This document shows positions 8,638 to 20,666 of a stretch of DNA of 51,184 nucleotides, one piece after another. The DNA comes from a virus (taxonomy: Duplodnaviria > Heunggongvirae > Uroviricota > Caudoviricetes). A program made the position numbers and the translations under genes. Location: IMG/VR virus record IMGVR_UViG_2585427745_000020; one strand, written 5' to 3'. The notes below the pieces were generated by a model, which was not told the DNA's origin, ran no database searches, and was given only the letters and a program-made list of their open reading frames with translations. How positions within the stretch are numbered: position 1 is the first letter of the stretch; every line of letters starts with the position of its first letter.

Positions 8638-10746
8638 TTACTCCCGATCCATTCCGCTTAGCGATGCCACAATCCCAACCCTCGCTAAGCGCTGAAACTC
8701 TTCGTTTCCGACGGTATCACGTATCGCTTTTACAGCAGCTTTATTTGCCATAAATCTGCGTTCAGCCGCCGCTAATGCACCATCACTTGCCCCAACCTTA
8801 ACTGCCTTTGTTGCCTCTTGAACAGCCTTTTCAATAGCGTAACGACCACTGCGAGATGCAGCTAACTTTTCTATCGTCCCTTTAGCTATAGATCCAGAAA
8901 TAGCCCCCACAACACCGCCAACAATCCCTCCACCAGTGGTACCAACAATAGCCCCTGATGTTGAATTGCCTATTGCATTGAGAACTGTCATGACAGCTTT
9001 TGGCAGTCCTTGCTCAAGAGAGTTAATTGCCGGTATAGAGCGCCCCGTATGCTCTACATATCGCAGTGGTCTGGTTGCTGCTCTGGCAAGGTCGCTGTAT
9101 GCCCTAGCAATCTTACCCATTTCTGGCGAGTGCTTGCTAATGGCAGTAATATTCTGCGGCGTAAGGATCGACGCTATATGGAATACGCCAGCAGACTCTG
9201 ATTTACCGCCACGCACCCCTTGCGATACCGCATCTTGTAATATTGATGCAATTGCTGGAGATCGCTCAGACTCTGGCAGTGCGCCAATAATCTGATGAAA
9301 CTTTCCTGTCCCACTTTTTGATGAATTTTGCAAGGCTTTAATACCATCAGTGACTAACTGATCAGTTGCAAGGTTTCTAAACGCAGCTTCAGCCTGTTCT
9401 TGTGCTGTAAATCTTGCTTTTGACAGATCATTAGCTTTTTGCCAGTCATCAAGAAAACCGCCATTTTGAGCCATTATGCGCATATCTTCCGTTGCTGCAT
9501 CACGAAGCTCCGCCATGCGCCTTGCCGTATTTGCCTCACCAGACCTTATATACTTCTGCTCAGCGTCAGCAAGTTTACTTCGCCATGCCTTCATGGCATC
9601 AAACGTGATTCCTTTTTTACCAGTTTTAGCATAAGCAGATGCAAATTGTTTCATCTCAGGAGTTAGCGGCATACCAGCCAAAATATCACCCTGAATTGTA
9701 GCGTTCAGGTTTGACATTCTGGCCTTTGCGTCAGGCATCGTGGAGCGGACGCTATCCCATGCTGCCTTTTCTGAGTTCTTCATTTTATCAATACTTGCTA
9801 AAACTCTTTGTTTTATGGCTGCACTTTTTTCTGATGCAGAGCCAGCCTCAGCACCAAGTTCATCAAGTGCTGAGTGGAATTTCGACTGTATTTCACTAAA
9901 AGCCCTAGTATGTGCATCCTGAACAATTCCTGGTTCGGATGCCAATATCCCTTCGGCTTGTGCAATTCCACGACTTCCAGATCGCATTCCTGGTGTTAAT
10001 GCGTTTATATCAATTCCAGCAGACTCAGCCGCTTTTGCTACATCTTCGGACACATTAGCGGCCTGACTGGCAATTGACTGACGCCCAGCACCTGACTTTG
10101 CCATCCTGGAAACATCATTAGCAGAATTCAGTGCTGCACCACCAAGAGCCTGTGAAACCCTTGGCGCAATAACGCGCCCGACACCTGAAAGAACGCCTTG
10201 AGCACCAATATTGATACCACCGTTAATGGCAGCATTTTGTGCAAAATCACCCTCCTGATTTGCAGCATCAGCAAGAGAACCGGCAATCATGTTTCCTGCG
10301 GAACCGATGTCTCCTGCGAGCTTTGCTGGCGCTCCAGCAGCTTTTGCCGCTGTGCCAATTGGCAGGAGATACCCACCAATTGTTTCACCGGCTTGCGCGT
10401 AAGGGTCTGTCGGTCGATCGACTGGACGATAGACATCATCCAAAACCTTGGGGCCACCAAGCCCCTGGCTGATTGCATTAATCAGACTTGCGCCACCCTG
10501 CAATACGTCAAATGGTATGTTTACCAGACCACGGCCAGCCTGTTCTGCAATTTGCCCTGCGCTTTGACCACCAGTGAGCCAGTCAGTAGCTTTTCCCACC
10601 AGAGATTGTTCTTCTGGCTGCGATTGGTTTTGAGTGGATTGATCACCAGAAGACAGCATCTGAGCAATGCGACGTGCTCCCTCAGTATCGCCGGCAGCAT
10701 CAGCATTCCTTAACGCCGTCATCAACTGTTCACGACTATAGGCCAT
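8638..10746 (-). CDS. Internal/ejection protein (P22 gp16-position)
   Basis: 702 aa Gly/Ala-rich protein at the end of the virion operon, in P22 gene order. Confidence 0.7.
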   Translation of the reverse strand: MAYSREQLMTALRNADAAGDTEGARRIAQMLSSGDQSTQNQSQPEEQSLVGKATDWLTGGQSAGQIAEQAGRGLVNIPFDVLQGGASLINAISQGLGGPKVLDDVYRPVDRPTDPYAQAGETIGGYLLPIGTAAKAAGAPAKLAGDIGSAGNMIAGSLADAANQEGDFAQNAAINGGINIGAQGVLSGVGRVIAPRVSQALGGAALNSANDVSRMAKSGAGRQSIASQAANVSEDVAKAAESAGIDINALTPGMRSGSRGIAQAEGILASEPGIVQDAHTRAFSEIQSKFHSALDELGAEAGSASEKSAAIKQRVLASIDKMKNSEKAAWDSVRSTMPDAKARMSNLNATIQGDILAGMPLTPEMKQFASAYAKTGKKGITFDAMKAWRSKLADAEQKYIRSGEANTARRMAELRDAATEDMRIMAQNGGFLDDWQKANDLSKARFTAQEQAEAAFRNLATDQLVTDGIKALQNSSKSGTGKFHQIIGALPESERSPAIASILQDAVSQGVRGGKSESAGVFHIASILTPQNITAISKHSPEMGKIARAYSDLARAATRPLRYVEHTGRSIPAINSLEQGLPKAVMTVLNAIGNSTSGAIVGTTGGGIVGGVVGAISGSIAKGTIEKLAASRSGRYAIEKAVQEATKAVKVGASDGALAAAERRFMANKAAVKAIRDTVGNEEFQRLARVGIVASLSGMDRE

Positions 10747-12020
10747 TACTGCCCTCCGAGATATTTATTAATCAGGTCATCATCAGAAAGCTGCTGTTGA
10801 GACGGTTGTATGTCCTTCCCGTATTTCTGTTGCATACGTTTCTGAGCCATCTCAGTGGTTTTTATGATTGTTTTGATAGCTGCTCTGGCTGATTTTTCAG
10901 ACTGATTTGGGGACAAACTACCAATAGCATCCATTACCTTTTGCCCCTCGGCATTACTTAAAGCCCCCATCCCTTTCATCTGCTGAATGCCAGATAAGAA
11001 TCCCTGAGATTTCAGTGTGTCAACCAGAGTTTCTGTATCAGCAGCCTCTGTTCCTGGAATGAATCTACTCGATAGTGGATTTAGGTTTGTTCCGAAATAT
11101 CCCGTGAATCCTGGGCTATTAAGAACTTTTGTAGCCGTCTCTATCGTTCTGGAGAGATTATCCATTCCAGAGTTGTACGTATCGGCCTTATCTCGCTTTG
11201 CCTGCTCCATAGCTTGCTGATTCTGCAATCTCTTGTCCTGCAATTCAGCAAGTTTTAAGGCATTAGTTTCATTTGCGATGAGTCTGTCGTATTTCTTGTC
11301 CTCTAATTCCATTCGACGAAGATTGACATTTTGTTGCGCAATATTGTTGCTTGCCCACCCTCTGGCATTTGTCATGTCATTATTACGGATTGTTTCGTTA
11401 ATTCTTTGCTGCTCCTGCTGGCGACCAACCATCTTGTCCTGTAAATCCCAATACTTTTCATGGCCTAATGCAAACTGACCATATTGTCCGATAAGTTGTG
11501 ATGTTGCTTGTGGGTCTTTTTGATACATGCTGAGGAGTTGTTGTGGGTCTACCCCCTGATTAGACAATCTGGTTGCATTGTTTCCAATCCACTTGCTAAA
11601 TGCATCACCACCCATCATGGAGGCAATTTGACCGCCTGCCGCTAGATTGCCAATTTCATCACGCTGGTCTTCGTCTGCCCACTTCATACCAGACTGAATC
11701 TTCTCTAATTGACCAGGATATTTGGTCATCAGATCTCGCACCTGCTGTCGATCACCTGACTGGATGGCTGCCGCATATTCTTTTTGGAATGCAACATCCG
11801 CTTCCTGTTGCTTTGCGGCTTGATATGTTTGAGCGACACTACCAAGCCCCTGCAACGCCTGAAGGCCGATGTTATTGCGACCTGAGCGCTCCATTTCGTT
11901 GTTCTGGCGAATATAGGCCAACGCCTCACTTACATCACTTGCCTTTGGCGCATTTGAGTTTTGCCCACCGATACCAGCAAGAAAGCCGCCTGAGTTGATT
12001 CCTTGTTGCCAAGTAGCCAT
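10746..12020 (-). CDS. Internal/ejection protein (P22 gp20-position)
   Basis: 424 aa; coupled ATGA overlap with neighbours; position and composition. Confidence 0.7.
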   Translation of the reverse strand: MATWQQGINSGGFLAGIGGQNSNAPKASDVSEALAYIRQNNEMERSGRNNIGLQALQGLGSVAQTYQAAKQQEADVAFQKEYAAAIQSGDRQQVRDLMTKYPGQLEKIQSGMKWADEDQRDEIGNLAAGGQIASMMGGDAFSKWIGNNATRLSNQGVDPQQLLSMYQKDPQATSQLIGQYGQFALGHEKYWDLQDKMVGRQQEQQRINETIRNNDMTNARGWASNNIAQQNVNLRRMELEDKKYDRLIANETNALKLAELQDKRLQNQQAMEQAKRDKADTYNSGMDNLSRTIETATKVLNSPGFTGYFGTNLNPLSSRFIPGTEAADTETLVDTLKSQGFLSGIQQMKGMGALSNAEGQKVMDAIGSLSPNQSEKSARAAIKTIIKTTEMAQKRMQQKYGKDIQPSQQQLSDDDLINKYLGGQ

Positions 12021-12029
12021 ATTCCCACC

Positions 12030-12704
12030 TTAAAACAATGATCCAAGACCACCGATAACACCGCCAGCAAGGGCACCAATACCAGTCCCAATAACAGGAA
12101 CTGCACTACCAATCATTGCACCTGATGCGGCCCCACCAAGGGCACCTGTAGCAAAACTCTGTAGGCCTGAAGGCTTATTCGCATTTGCTGCCGCTGCTGC
12201 CGCCTGCTGTTGGTACAATTGGCTGACGTTGTTAGCGTAGTTCTGCCCAGCGTTTGCCTGACCTGTAAGAGCACCAAGGCCAATGTTTGCCAGATTGTTG
12301 TAGTTGTTCATCTGACCTGACAGCCAGTTTTGACCGAGTGTAGGTGCGATTGCTGCTAACTGGTTTCCTGTTGCTGTAGAGCCTAATCCACCCGTTGCCT
12401 CTGCTGCTGCCAGACTCTGGTAACGCGCCTGACCTGCAAGGTCTTTGTACTGCTGGGAGTTGTAATACTGGTTAAGCGCCTGACCTTGCCCCTGAAGAGA
12501 GGAAAGATTTTGCAACTGTGATACGTACTGCTGAGCGAGTGGCGTGAACGGTGCAAGGTTTTGCATGTTCGTCTGCCACATTTCACGCTGCAATTCGATG
12601 CCCTTTTCAGTTGCGCGTGCCTGTGCCTTTGAACCGCCATCACTGCCACCTTTGCAGTAAACAGCTTTGCTGAGGTGCTTATTGGCAATCTGGAAAATTA
12701 ACAT
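12030..12704 (-). CDS. Internal/ejection protein (P22 gp7-position)
   Basis: 224 aa; Gly/Gln-rich C-terminus; position between the gp14- and gp20-like genes. Confidence 0.65.
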   Translation of the reverse strand: MLIFQIANKHLSKAVYCKGGSDGGSKAQARATEKGIELQREMWQTNMQNLAPFTPLAQQYVSQLQNLSSLQGQGQALNQYYNSQQYKDLAGQARYQSLAAAEATGGLGSTATGNQLAAIAPTLGQNWLSGQMNNYNNLANIGLGALTGQANAGQNYANNVSQLYQQQAAAAAANANKPSGLQSFATGALGGAASGAMIGSAVPVIGTGIGALAGGVIGGLGSLF

Positions 12705-13161
12705 TCGTTAGCTCCTCGTATTTTGAGCGCGGTAACTGATAAATCGTGATGCCCACAGGCTTTCCATTGCTGGTATAAGCATCATCAAGGTGACCAACAC
12801 GGGTAGCGCCAAGCAAACGGATAATTGCCCGTCCGTATTTCGTTGTGTCAGGAACCATGGTGATGCTGTTAAGGAATGGTGAGTTTTCGAGAAGCCATTT
12901 GCAGAATAATCGATGCCCTTGCAGTGCATATTCACCACGGAATCCGTGGTCGTACACCGCATGACATTCAACAACGCTATGCCAGAAGTTACGCACTTCA
13001 TGAACGCCAGCCAGCACTAATCCTTCGTAGATGCCGAGATATACCGCATCAGGCTTGATGTAGTATTTATCTCCACTGTCTACGATATTTCCCGTGTTTG
13101 CCGGGTTGTTGAGGAATTCTGCAAGCTTCACCGGATTATCGATGAGCTTTATTTCCATCAC
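12679..13161 (-). CDS. Virion-associated protein (P22 gene 14 position)
   Basis: 160 aa; between tail needle and ejection genes. Confidence 0.5.
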   Translation of the reverse strand: MMEIKLIDNPVKLAEFLNNPANTGNIVDSGDKYYIKPDAVYLGIYEGLVLAGVHEVRNFWHSVVECHAVYDHGFRGEYALQGHRLFCKWLLENSPFLNSITMVPDTTKYGRAIIRLLGATRVGHLDDAYTSNGKPVGITIYQLPRSKYEELTNVNFPDCQ

Positions 13162-14111
13162 TGCTCCGCAATGATTTTGATGGTTGTGGCAGTAAACGCC
13201 GCCCCATTTGACTGAATGGTTAACGTACTGCCATTTGTGGCAAGAAAGCCGTCTTTATCCACGCTGAAGAACGTAGCTAACAGGATGTTATCGGTTGTTG
13301 TCGCCGAGTTGCGACTGCTTACCAGTGTGTCAGGAACAGATCCGGAAAAGGTTAGCTGCATTGACCTGTTTGAGGTTCCGCTTGGCCACGTCCCGACAAT
13401 CGACAGCTTGAAGAACAGGGTTTTGTTCTCGTTGAACACAACCATCTTGTTGTTAACGGTGTCGAAGAATGGTGCCAACGTGCCTGATGACGGCGTGAGC
13501 GTTTTCAGCAGGCTAACAAGGTTGGTAGGCGCTGTCGGAATTGTTACAGATACTCCTGAGTAAACAACCTCTGATTTCTTGCGCGTGGTGGCATACTCAA
13601 GCGCAGATATTCTTGTTGAGTGATCACCAACTGTGCTTTGTAGCGTCGAAATACTTCCCTCTGCCGCTGTGAGCCTGGTATCAAGTGCGTCGATATCGGT
13701 TGTATTCTGAGTTATTCGCGCATCATGGTTTGCTAACTCAGATTCATTGGCAGCAATTCGCGTCTCGTGATCAGCCAGCTCTGTTTCGGCAGCCGTAATC
13801 CGTGTTTCATGATCTGCAAGAGTGCTTTCCGCTGCTGCGATTCTATGCTCATGATTGACGAGAGTTGCTTCAGCAGCAGCAATTCTGGATTCATGGTCTG
13901 CAAGGGTGACATCCTGCTCATCATTCTTCACCTGTGCATCATAAGCCCCCTTCCCTGCTTCGTTGGCCTTGTTAGCCACATTACCAACATCAGTACCCTG
14001 TGCAATAACGTACAGCAGATATGACTGCGAGAAGATATTGCGTGGAAGGACTGATGTGTCGAGTCGTGTAGCCTGAATGATTACCGGCTCATTGAGATTC
14101 GAATCAGCCAT
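13158..14111 (-). CDS. Tail needle (P22 gp26-like) with C-terminal knob
   Basis: 317 aa; N-terminus [43 protein letters not shown] matches gp26; ADHETRI heptad repeats; extra C-terminal domain as in Sf6. Confidence 0.85.
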   Translation of the reverse strand: MADSNLNEPVIIQATRLDTSVLPRNIFSQSYLLYVIAQGTDVGNVANKANEAGKGAYDAQVKNDEQDVTLADHESRIAAAEATLVNHEHRIAAAESTLADHETRITAAETELADHETRIAANESELANHDARITQNTTDIDALDTRLTAAEGSISTLQSTVGDHSTRISALEYATTRKKSEVVYSGVSVTIPTAPTNLVSLLKTLTPSSGTLAPFFDTVNNKMVVFNENKTLFFKLSIVGTWPSGTSNRSMQLTFSGSVPDTLVSSRNSATTTDNILLATFFSVDKDGFLATNGSTLTIQSNGAAFTATTIKIIAEQ

Positions 14112-15529
14112 TACTCAATCCTTATCTGGCAGCCTGACAGAGTGACAGGTGACTTCGTGATAACGCGCAATTTGAAGCCGACATTTTTCCTGATGCGCCC
14201 GACTCGCTTCCACAAAACACGTTTGTCGTAAACGAAAGGTTCATTCTGCTCAATCATCTGCTCACGACCATAATTTATGCCGTCAGTGGTTGCAGAGAGG
14301 AACAGGCGGTCGGCGTACTGCGCAACTCCAGTTGACGATTCAACTTCAAGGTCGAAAACTCTGGCGTTATCCGCTTTGAACAACGGAGTAAACAGCAGGT
14401 GTTCCTGCTGCTTGTCGTACTGGCTGCTGATATCGAACTGCAATTTCCCGGTCACGGATTCCAGCTTATCGCCGCACGTTATCTGATTTCCTTCGTAAAT
14501 GAAGTCAATAGCGCGGTACGCATCGTCATATAAGCCTGTTTTCAGCACACACCATTGTGGGCCATTGGCGCTTGAAGATGCGTCGTACACCAGAACATGG
14601 CGCGGCAGGTGAATAATCAGCAACTCATGAGCATCAAACCGCAACGATTCCATCACGCCATCAGCCAGTTCATCAGCAGTGTAGGAGCGGAGGATTTTCT
14701 CAATGCTCGCGCTGGCGATTGGTGATACCTGACCGGAGCCGATGATGTATACAGACGGCGCACCTGTTGCCGGATTGCTGATGAACGCATAAGAATCAGC
14801 GAATGGTGTTTTGCAGTAAGTCCCGGCAATACCTTTCTGCACCATCAGCGATGGCTGTGCGACATACAAAGCGGCACCAACGGTGGTTTCCCCCGTCAGG
14901 GAGAAATATTCAATCGTCGATGAGCCAAAGCAGACGATGAAGTCTCGCCATGTTCCGATGCCGATGATGCCGTCAGGCTGTGATTCTGCCCGATATTGTG
15001 CGCTGTATCGGTCAGGATGCGATTCGTCTCCAAGGTCAGTGATAAACCATGAATCGGTGCCGTCTTTTGACCACGCATAACGGCCACGTAAGCGCGTAAT
15101 GTCGCGGACTGAGCCTAACTCGTACTGTGTGAATCCGCTGTCTGTAGGCCAGTTTGAGACGGTTTTAACCGTGCCATCATAGCGATACTCGACCAGTTGA
15201 CCATTAACGCCTACCGCCTGTGATGTCCGACCATGCGCCATTGATACGCGACCACTTCCGGCAACATCACCGACTTCACTTTCTCCTTTGTAGAGCTTGC
15301 CACCACAGACACGATAAACAGCATTCTGCGCCATGTTGTACTCGACTCCGCGCGATACACCGTTCACATCAGAACGTTTGGTAATGCCCGGGAATGAGCG
15401 AAGATATCCGCTGCTGTTCAGGATTTCTTTGGGTGTAGCCAACATATTCACTGGCAGATAGTCGATATAGTCGGCGTTTCGAAAGTCTTTGCCGACACCT
15501 TTCATAAGCGGAAGTTGCTGAATCGGCAT
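14111..15529 (-). CDS. Tail accessory factor gp10
   Basis: 472 aa; [49 protein letters not shown]... near-identical to P22 gp10. Confidence 0.9.
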   Translation of the reverse strand: MPIQQLPLMKGVGKDFRNADYIDYLPVNMLATPKEILNSSGYLRSFPGITKRSDVNGVSRGVEYNMAQNAVYRVCGGKLYKGESEVGDVAGSGRVSMAHGRTSQAVGVNGQLVEYRYDGTVKTVSNWPTDSGFTQYELGSVRDITRLRGRYAWSKDGTDSWFITDLGDESHPDRYSAQYRAESQPDGIIGIGTWRDFIVCFGSSTIEYFSLTGETTVGAALYVAQPSLMVQKGIAGTYCKTPFADSYAFISNPATGAPSVYIIGSGQVSPIASASIEKILRSYTADELADGVMESLRFDAHELLIIHLPRHVLVYDASSSANGPQWCVLKTGLYDDAYRAIDFIYEGNQITCGDKLESVTGKLQFDISSQYDKQQEHLLFTPLFKADNARVFDLEVESSTGVAQYADRLFLSATTDGINYGREQMIEQNEPFVYDKRVLWKRVGRIRKNVGFKLRVITKSPVTLSGCQIRIE

Positions 15530-15538
15530 TTATTCACC

Positions 15539-16000
15539 TCACGTACTCGGATCATCTTTCTCGATGTAAAACCGATTCCACGTAAACGCGCTTTTGTTAC
15601 CACTACCGCGAGGCATGTCATTTCGCCGCTCAAGTGGTGGTATTTTGGTTAAAGCGATACAGATTGTTTGATATGCACTGTCAGCAGCGGTAAGGAGAGC
15701 GTCTGACGGCTGAATGACGTTATCCATGCACACTTGCACAGCGAGTTTCAAAGCGACGCCATCATTTGCCCATGCAGGGATACCTGAGTCATCGTCTGGT
15801 AACGGCATGATGCCGTTTTCTGTATCAGCAAACTGATACCCAAGCTCGATACCTTTAGCCTGCCATGCTGCCATCATGTCTTCGAGGTCATTAATGGCAT
15901 CTTCAATCGCCTGAGGGTCAGCATCTGTCAACGTGGCATTGGAATACAGCCCGGCTTTTCGTAAAGCCTTTAGAACGAGATCACCCTTCGTTTTCGCCAT
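15539..16000 (-). CDS. Tail accessory factor gp4
   Basis: 153 aa; MAKTKGDLVLKALRKAG...TLTDADPQAIEDAINDLEDMMAAW resembles P22 gp4. Confidence 0.8.
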   Translation of the reverse strand: MAKTKGDLVLKALRKAGLYSNATLTDADPQAIEDAINDLEDMMAAWQAKGIELGYQFADTENGIMPLPDDDSGIPAWANDGVALKLAVQVCMDNVIQPSDALLTAADSAYQTICIALTKIPPLERRNDMPRGSGNKSAFTWNRFYIEKDDPST

Positions 16001-16169
16001 CTTCTTCCGCCTTAGCCACTTTTTGCTTCGCTGCGGTTTCTTCAGGAGTTTTTACCCAGCCTTTTTTCAGGTGAGATTTAACTTCTTCGTCATCAACAAT
16101 GATGTAATCGACAGCAAACTGACCACAGGTGATCATGTTGCCAGGCTTATAGAGCATTGTTCGTGCCAT
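15981..16169 (-). CDS. Small hypothetical protein between coat and gp4
   Basis: 62 aa from ATG 16169 (MARTMLYKPG...) with GGAGA RBS; the longer track ORF overlaps the coat terminator. Confidence 0.4.
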   Translation of the reverse strand: MARTMLYKPGNMITCGQFAVDYIIVDDEEVKSHLKKGWVKTPEETAAKQKVAKAEEDGENEG

Positions 16170-16180
16170 TGTCTTCTCCC

Positions 16181-16203
16181 AATAAAAATGGGGCCGAAGC
16201 CCC
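16181..16203 (-). terminator. Hairpin terminator/attenuator after the coat gene
   Basis: GGGGC-CGAA-GCCCC stem-loop (16190-16203) followed on the minus strand by AUUUUUAUU. Confidence 0.55.
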
Positions 16204-16210
16204 ACCAAAA

Positions 16211-17464
16211 TTACTGCCCGGCAATAACGATGCCCGTATATTCAGGAACAAGTACAGAGCAACCGTACAGAGTGGTGAAACGAGCAGTGGTTACGCCTTT
16301 GATGTGGTCGAAGGCGTAAGACATGATCAGCGTAGCGCCCTGCTCGGTGGTTGCTGTCATTACCTGTGGACCCTGACCAGTCGGGAACGCCAGCTTGCCG
16401 TACATCAGTTCAACAGAACCATCAGCCCAGAACAGGTTAGCCGGTGCGGCATTTTTGTTGAGAATGGTAATTGCTGCACCATTTGCCGCGTTAGCATCAA
16501 CGTTTGCATATGGACGGCTGGCGACATCTGCGTTGTCAGGCGGCAGAATTTTCGGGGAGATAGTTACTGTCGTTCCGCTTACTGCCAGAACGCGGAATAC
16601 CTGCGGCTGCCCGGTGGTGTCTTTGGTGATCTGGTGTACAGAATTCACGCCAGCAATGGTGAACGCATCGCCAACCTGCAACCCAGATGCAGATACCGTA
16701 ATAGTCCCCTGTCGGTTATCCACTGGCATATCGTTGACATCTTTCGCTTCAACCTTGTGCGCAGGTTCTGCCGCCAGCGTCAGGGAAGTTGCTGTACCCT
16801 TCGGAACACGACCAGAAATATCGGTCTTGTAGCTATCGAAGGACGCAACCGGAGGGATCTGCGCTTTTTCGTATGCTGTCAGGGTTGCACCCTGAGCATA
16901 GGCACGGTGACCAAGCTCGCCAGCAAGGTCTTTGTAGTTGAAGGGGTTCCAGAAAGAGCGACGGTTGATACCCTGAGGTACACCAATCGCCGTCATGGTG
17001 GCATCAATACCTGCCGCACAGTTCCACAAATCACGGCCCTGTGAACCTGTGGTTGAGTCAGCCATCGTGATCACGTTAGTAGCACGCTGCGTCACCATGG
17101 AAATCAGGTCAGAGTCAATCTGTGCAGCAAGGCGCATACCTGCGGCGCGACCAGCTTCAGTTTTATGTTCCGGGTCACGCATTTCACGCGCATCCAGAGT
17201 GTACAGAATGTTTTTCGGCTCCTTGAACACAGAAGGAACAAGGCGCTGAACCAGTGCTGTTGGCGTTTTGCTGCTGAGGTCGAGGCCTTCCTCAATGTTC
17301 ATGTGGTAATGCTGCGGACGATACAGAACATCACCTGCTCGCTGCATTGCTGTATCACCGGGACGGAATTTTTTAGCGTTACGGGAAACTACGCAGGCGG
17401 CCTCAAAGCCTTCAACGTAGTTTTCGAACATGATTTCAAGGTCTTTTGCTAATTGGTTAGCCAT
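16211..17464 (-). CDS. Major coat protein (P22/Sf6 gp5-like)
   Basis: 417 aa; follows the scaffold gene in the canonical order; size and position. Confidence 0.85.
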   Translation of the reverse strand: MANQLAKDLEIMFENYVEGFEAACVVSRNAKKFRPGDTAMQRAGDVLYRPQHYHMNIEEGLDLSSKTPTALVQRLVPSVFKEPKNILYTLDAREMRDPEHKTEAGRAAGMRLAAQIDSDLISMVTQRATNVITMADSTTGSQGRDLWNCAAGIDATMTAIGVPQGINRRSFWNPFNYKDLAGELGHRAYAQGATLTAYEKAQIPPVASFDSYKTDISGRVPKGTATSLTLAAEPAHKVEAKDVNDMPVDNRQGTITVSASGLQVGDAFTIAGVNSVHQITKDTTGQPQVFRVLAVSGTTVTISPKILPPDNADVASRPYANVDANAANGAAITILNKNAAPANLFWADGSVELMYGKLAFPTGQGPQVMTATTEQGATLIMSYAFDHIKGVTTARFTTLYGCSVLVPEYTGIVIAGQ

Positions 17465-17482
17465 GCTTAATGCTCCGATAGG

Positions 17483-18376
17483 TTATTTTTTTGCCTTTTT
17501 AGCGGCGAAATACGGCGTCCAGTCACCAGTTTCCAGCGCCTTGGCTTTCAGTTTGTCGAGGTTATTGATTACTGCGCCGTTGCTCCCCTTAACTGTCGGG
17601 GTTGTGGCTGCCGTGGTTTTTGCTTTTGGCATGATTCTGGCCTTCGATTCGATACGTTCCAGCAGACGACCAATTGCTACGGGGTTGGTAGCTTCTGCCA
17701 GTTGCTTGCGCAGTTCAGCGTTGCGGCCGAGCGCCAGAACAACGATTTCCGGCTTCTCTGACTCAAGAAGGATCATGTCCTGAATATGAACAGGAACATC
17801 TTCGCGTACAGCCTGCTCTGCATCCTGGTAGCCAGCCACTTTCAGTGCTTTTACTCTCTGCATGTAATTGGCTGCTTTCTGCTGAAGCGTTGCGGTACGC
17901 GCCTCTTCCTCTCGTTTCCGCTCTCGTACTTGCTCCTGGTATTTGCCGTTTTCCTCTGCCCACTTAGCCATACGTTGCTGATAGATTTCTTCATCGAAAC
18001 CGATGTCCTCATCATCCAGTTTTGGCATTCGCGGTGGTTGAGTGATTACCGGCTGCTGCTCGACGGGTTTCTGAGACTGACGCATCAGCTCTTTCAGCTC
18101 GCGGTCTTTCTCTTTAATCGTCTTGCGCAGGTGTTTTACCAGTCCATGCTCTGCGCCATCTTCGCTGGTTGGCGAATCCAGCTTTTCGTCACCAAAGTAG
18201 AATTCCTGTTCTGATTCGTCGTCATCAGTTTCAGTAGCTTCCTCTGCATCATTGCCGGAGGACTCACTGCCATCTTCTGTTTCGACTTCTTCAGCCAGTT
18301 CGACATCATCAGGAATCTGCTCTGACGCGTCGGTTTCGATTTCAACTTCTGGTGTGTTTTCTGCCATCTGGTCCAT
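17483..18376 (-). CDS. Scaffolding protein
   Basis: 297 aa; acidic N-terminus, helical charged body; between portal and coat. Confidence 0.75.
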   Translation of the reverse strand: MDQMAENTPEVEIETDASEQIPDDVELAEEVETEDGSESSGNDAEEATETDDDESEQEFYFGDEKLDSPTSEDGAEHGLVKHLRKTIKEKDRELKELMRQSQKPVEQQPVITQPPRMPKLDDEDIGFDEEIYQQRMAKWAEENGKYQEQVRERKREEEARTATLQQKAANYMQRVKALKVAGYQDAEQAVREDVPVHIQDMILLESEKPEIVVLALGRNAELRKQLAEATNPVAIGRLLERIESKARIMPKAKTTAATTPTVKGSNGAVINNLDKLKAKALETGDWTPYFAAKKAKK

Positions 18377-18466
18377 TTGTTACCCCTGTTTACTCGATGT
18401 TCAGCCCATCGGAAGGCAATAGGGTGCCAGGCCTCATAAAGACAGCCATTGCACGTTATGGGTTAA

Positions 18467-20665
18467 TTACTGCTGTGGTTGTTGCTGAGTTGATTTTTGC
18501 AGGATGCTGCTGATGTCCATGCGCTGCGCATGGCCCTGTGCCTGACTTTTCAGGACAAGCTCTGCATCAGCACGGGCATTGTCTCCTTGCTGTTGCTGGA
18601 ACTGTCCGAGCAGTTTCAGAGCCTCGCGGATATCAGATTTCTGCTGGCTATCGGCAGATGCGAGGATTTTCACAACATTTGCCGCTGCAACCTGAGCATC
18701 AGTCTGTGCCTGGAATGCTTTAACCTGAATGGCTGCCTGTTCGTTCTGCGCTTTCTGCAATTCAGCCTGACCAGCAAGAAGTTGACCTTGCGCAGCAACC
18801 ATAGCCGGATCTGGCTGACCGGCCTGTTGTTGTTTCGCCTGTTCAACCATTTGCTGTTCTTCAGACGTTCTCGGCTTGATAACGCCAGACAGAAGCAACT
18901 GATTGCGGTTGTATTCTTTAAGGTCGTCCATCCCTTCGCCGTCCATATTGTCGAGAATCATCGACGATACAAGGTCGTGCTTCGGCGTTCCTGGTGGGAT
19001 AAGTGCCAGCATGGAAAGTAACGACTTAACCGTTGCATCACGGCGAGTAGCGAACGACTGACCGACATCGACAGTCACTTCATAGTTTCCCTGCGAAAGG
19101 TCGTTAAGCGCGATAACCTGCCCTGTCTGACGGTCAACCACTTCACCAGTCATCAGCGCCACGTCATCGCTGCCGTCCTCATTAACGATACGCATCGGCG
19201 TATCACTGCCATAGACCTCACGCGCCATAGAAAGCCACACAACGCCAGCGCGACGCATGGATTTAGCCATGTTGTCCATGTAGATATAGGACTGCGTATC
19301 CATCCGGTTAAAGATGCTATCAACGGTATCGGTAGCGACGTTGCTCGGCATGTTCTCAAGCTGCGACGCACCTGTAATTTGCTGAATAGCCGTTCCGGTG
19401 TACTGCAATAGCCCGGCAAGAGCTGGAGGCATTTGTGTCGGAGGTGTCCAGCCAGCAACCTGAGCCTCTGAAATGACCGTTCCGTTTTTGTCCTTCTTGC
19501 TGGTCATGGGAAGAACTGCAGGTCTTTTCTTATTCCTCTCTGCCCAGTGATTCATTAATGGACCGGGAATGAAATCAACATCCACGATAGGAATGCCATC
19601 ACCGCCAGCCTGAGTAGCGTTATCTGCAATCATGGAAACCATCAGGTTCTCAAGACGCTGTGCATCCATCGCTTTTGCAGCGTGGCCTTCGATTCGTTCC
19701 TGATTATCAACAAATGAGCGACGCCCATATACCGGGATGAGAGGAATATGCTCACCCGGAATACGCTTCGGTTCTTCCAGCCATTCAGCGCCAGACAGAA
19801 GACCGCAATAAACGCGGCGCTTCTTCACCGTTCGCTCGCCAATCAGTTCGAATGCACCATCGGTCAGCTCGTCGACAATATCTTTGATTTGCTCTTCATC
19901 ATAGATTGCCGTTTCTCCGCTGACAGGATTGCGCCACGCCGTGAGCTTCACCTTCTCTATGCGAACTTCGTAGTAGCGTCCAACATAGATGGCATCAGGT
20001 GTTGACCAGTCATATTGAGTGCCAGTGTCATCACGAGAAAGGCTTGCCGCGATGGAATCGGGGTATTCAGCCTCGAACGCTTTAGGCGTCATGGAGAACA
20101 TTTCCATAGCCCACATAGCATCAGAGCGGTCATATTGCTTGCTGTCCTGATCGAAGAAGACGCATGTCGCTGGGTCGTAAACAGGAAGAAGACTGATGCG
20201 TCGCTGCTCGTTACTCGGATCCATTTCATCTTCGTAATCAGCACACATGCGGAAACAACCGAATCCGCCCGTTACAGCATCATCAAATGCGTTATCACAC
20301 GCTTCGCCACCGGATGTTTCCTGATAATCAGCGCGGAATTTGCCGTTCATCTTTTCGGCTAACGCTTCCGATGCCTTGTCATCCTTCGGCCTGAATTTAA
20401 CGCTGATGCGATTCTGTCGATACTCGCCAATGATGCGATCACATTCACGGGCAATCTTATTCAGTTCAAAGCGCGGGTAATGCTCAAACCTGCCTTCATC
20501 AAATGAGTAACCAGCGTTTGTGCTGCCTTCCCACTGTGCGCCGGACACCCGGACGAAACGTTGAGCCTCAATAATCTGCTTACGCATATCCTGCGTTGCT
20601 GACCAGGCATTATCAAAGTTGCACAGCACCTTGCGATGCCAGTCAGTCATCTTTTTTTCTGCCAT
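18467..20665 (-). CDS. Portal protein (P22 gp1-like)
   Basis: 732 aa; shared blocks with P22 portal (GEHIPLIPVYG, C-terminal Q-rich helical barrel region). Confidence 0.9.
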   Translation of the reverse strand: MAEKKMTDWHRKVLCNFDNAWSATQDMRKQIIEAQRFVRVSGAQWEGSTNAGYSFDEGRFEHYPRFELNKIARECDRIIGEYRQNRISVKFRPKDDKASEALAEKMNGKFRADYQETSGGEACDNAFDDAVTGGFGCFRMCADYEDEMDPSNEQRRISLLPVYDPATCVFFDQDSKQYDRSDAMWAMEMFSMTPKAFEAEYPDSIAASLSRDDTGTQYDWSTPDAIYVGRYYEVRIEKVKLTAWRNPVSGETAIYDEEQIKDIVDELTDGAFELIGERTVKKRRVYCGLLSGAEWLEEPKRIPGEHIPLIPVYGRRSFVDNQERIEGHAAKAMDAQRLENLMVSMIADNATQAGGDGIPIVDVDFIPGPLMNHWAERNKKRPAVLPMTSKKDKNGTVISEAQVAGWTPPTQMPPALAGLLQYTGTAIQQITGASQLENMPSNVATDTVDSIFNRMDTQSYIYMDNMAKSMRRAGVVWLSMAREVYGSDTPMRIVNEDGSDDVALMTGEVVDRQTGQVIALNDLSQGNYEVTVDVGQSFATRRDATVKSLLSMLALIPPGTPKHDLVSSMILDNMDGEGMDDLKEYNRNQLLLSGVIKPRTSEEQQMVEQAKQQQAGQPDPAMVAAQGQLLAGQAELQKAQNEQAAIQVKAFQAQTDAQVAAANVVKILASADSQQKSDIREALKLLGQFQQQQGDNARADAELVLKSQAQGHAQRMDISSILQKSTQQQPQQ

Positions 20666-20666
20666 A

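Noticed and set aside
16157-17044. 295-aa plus-strand ORF antisense to the coat gene, and similar long antisense ORFs in the tailspike (4254-4658) and portal (18497-19021)
   Set aside because: They lie fully inside well-supported structural genes on the opposite strand, have Cys/Arg-rich unnatural composition and no translation signals.
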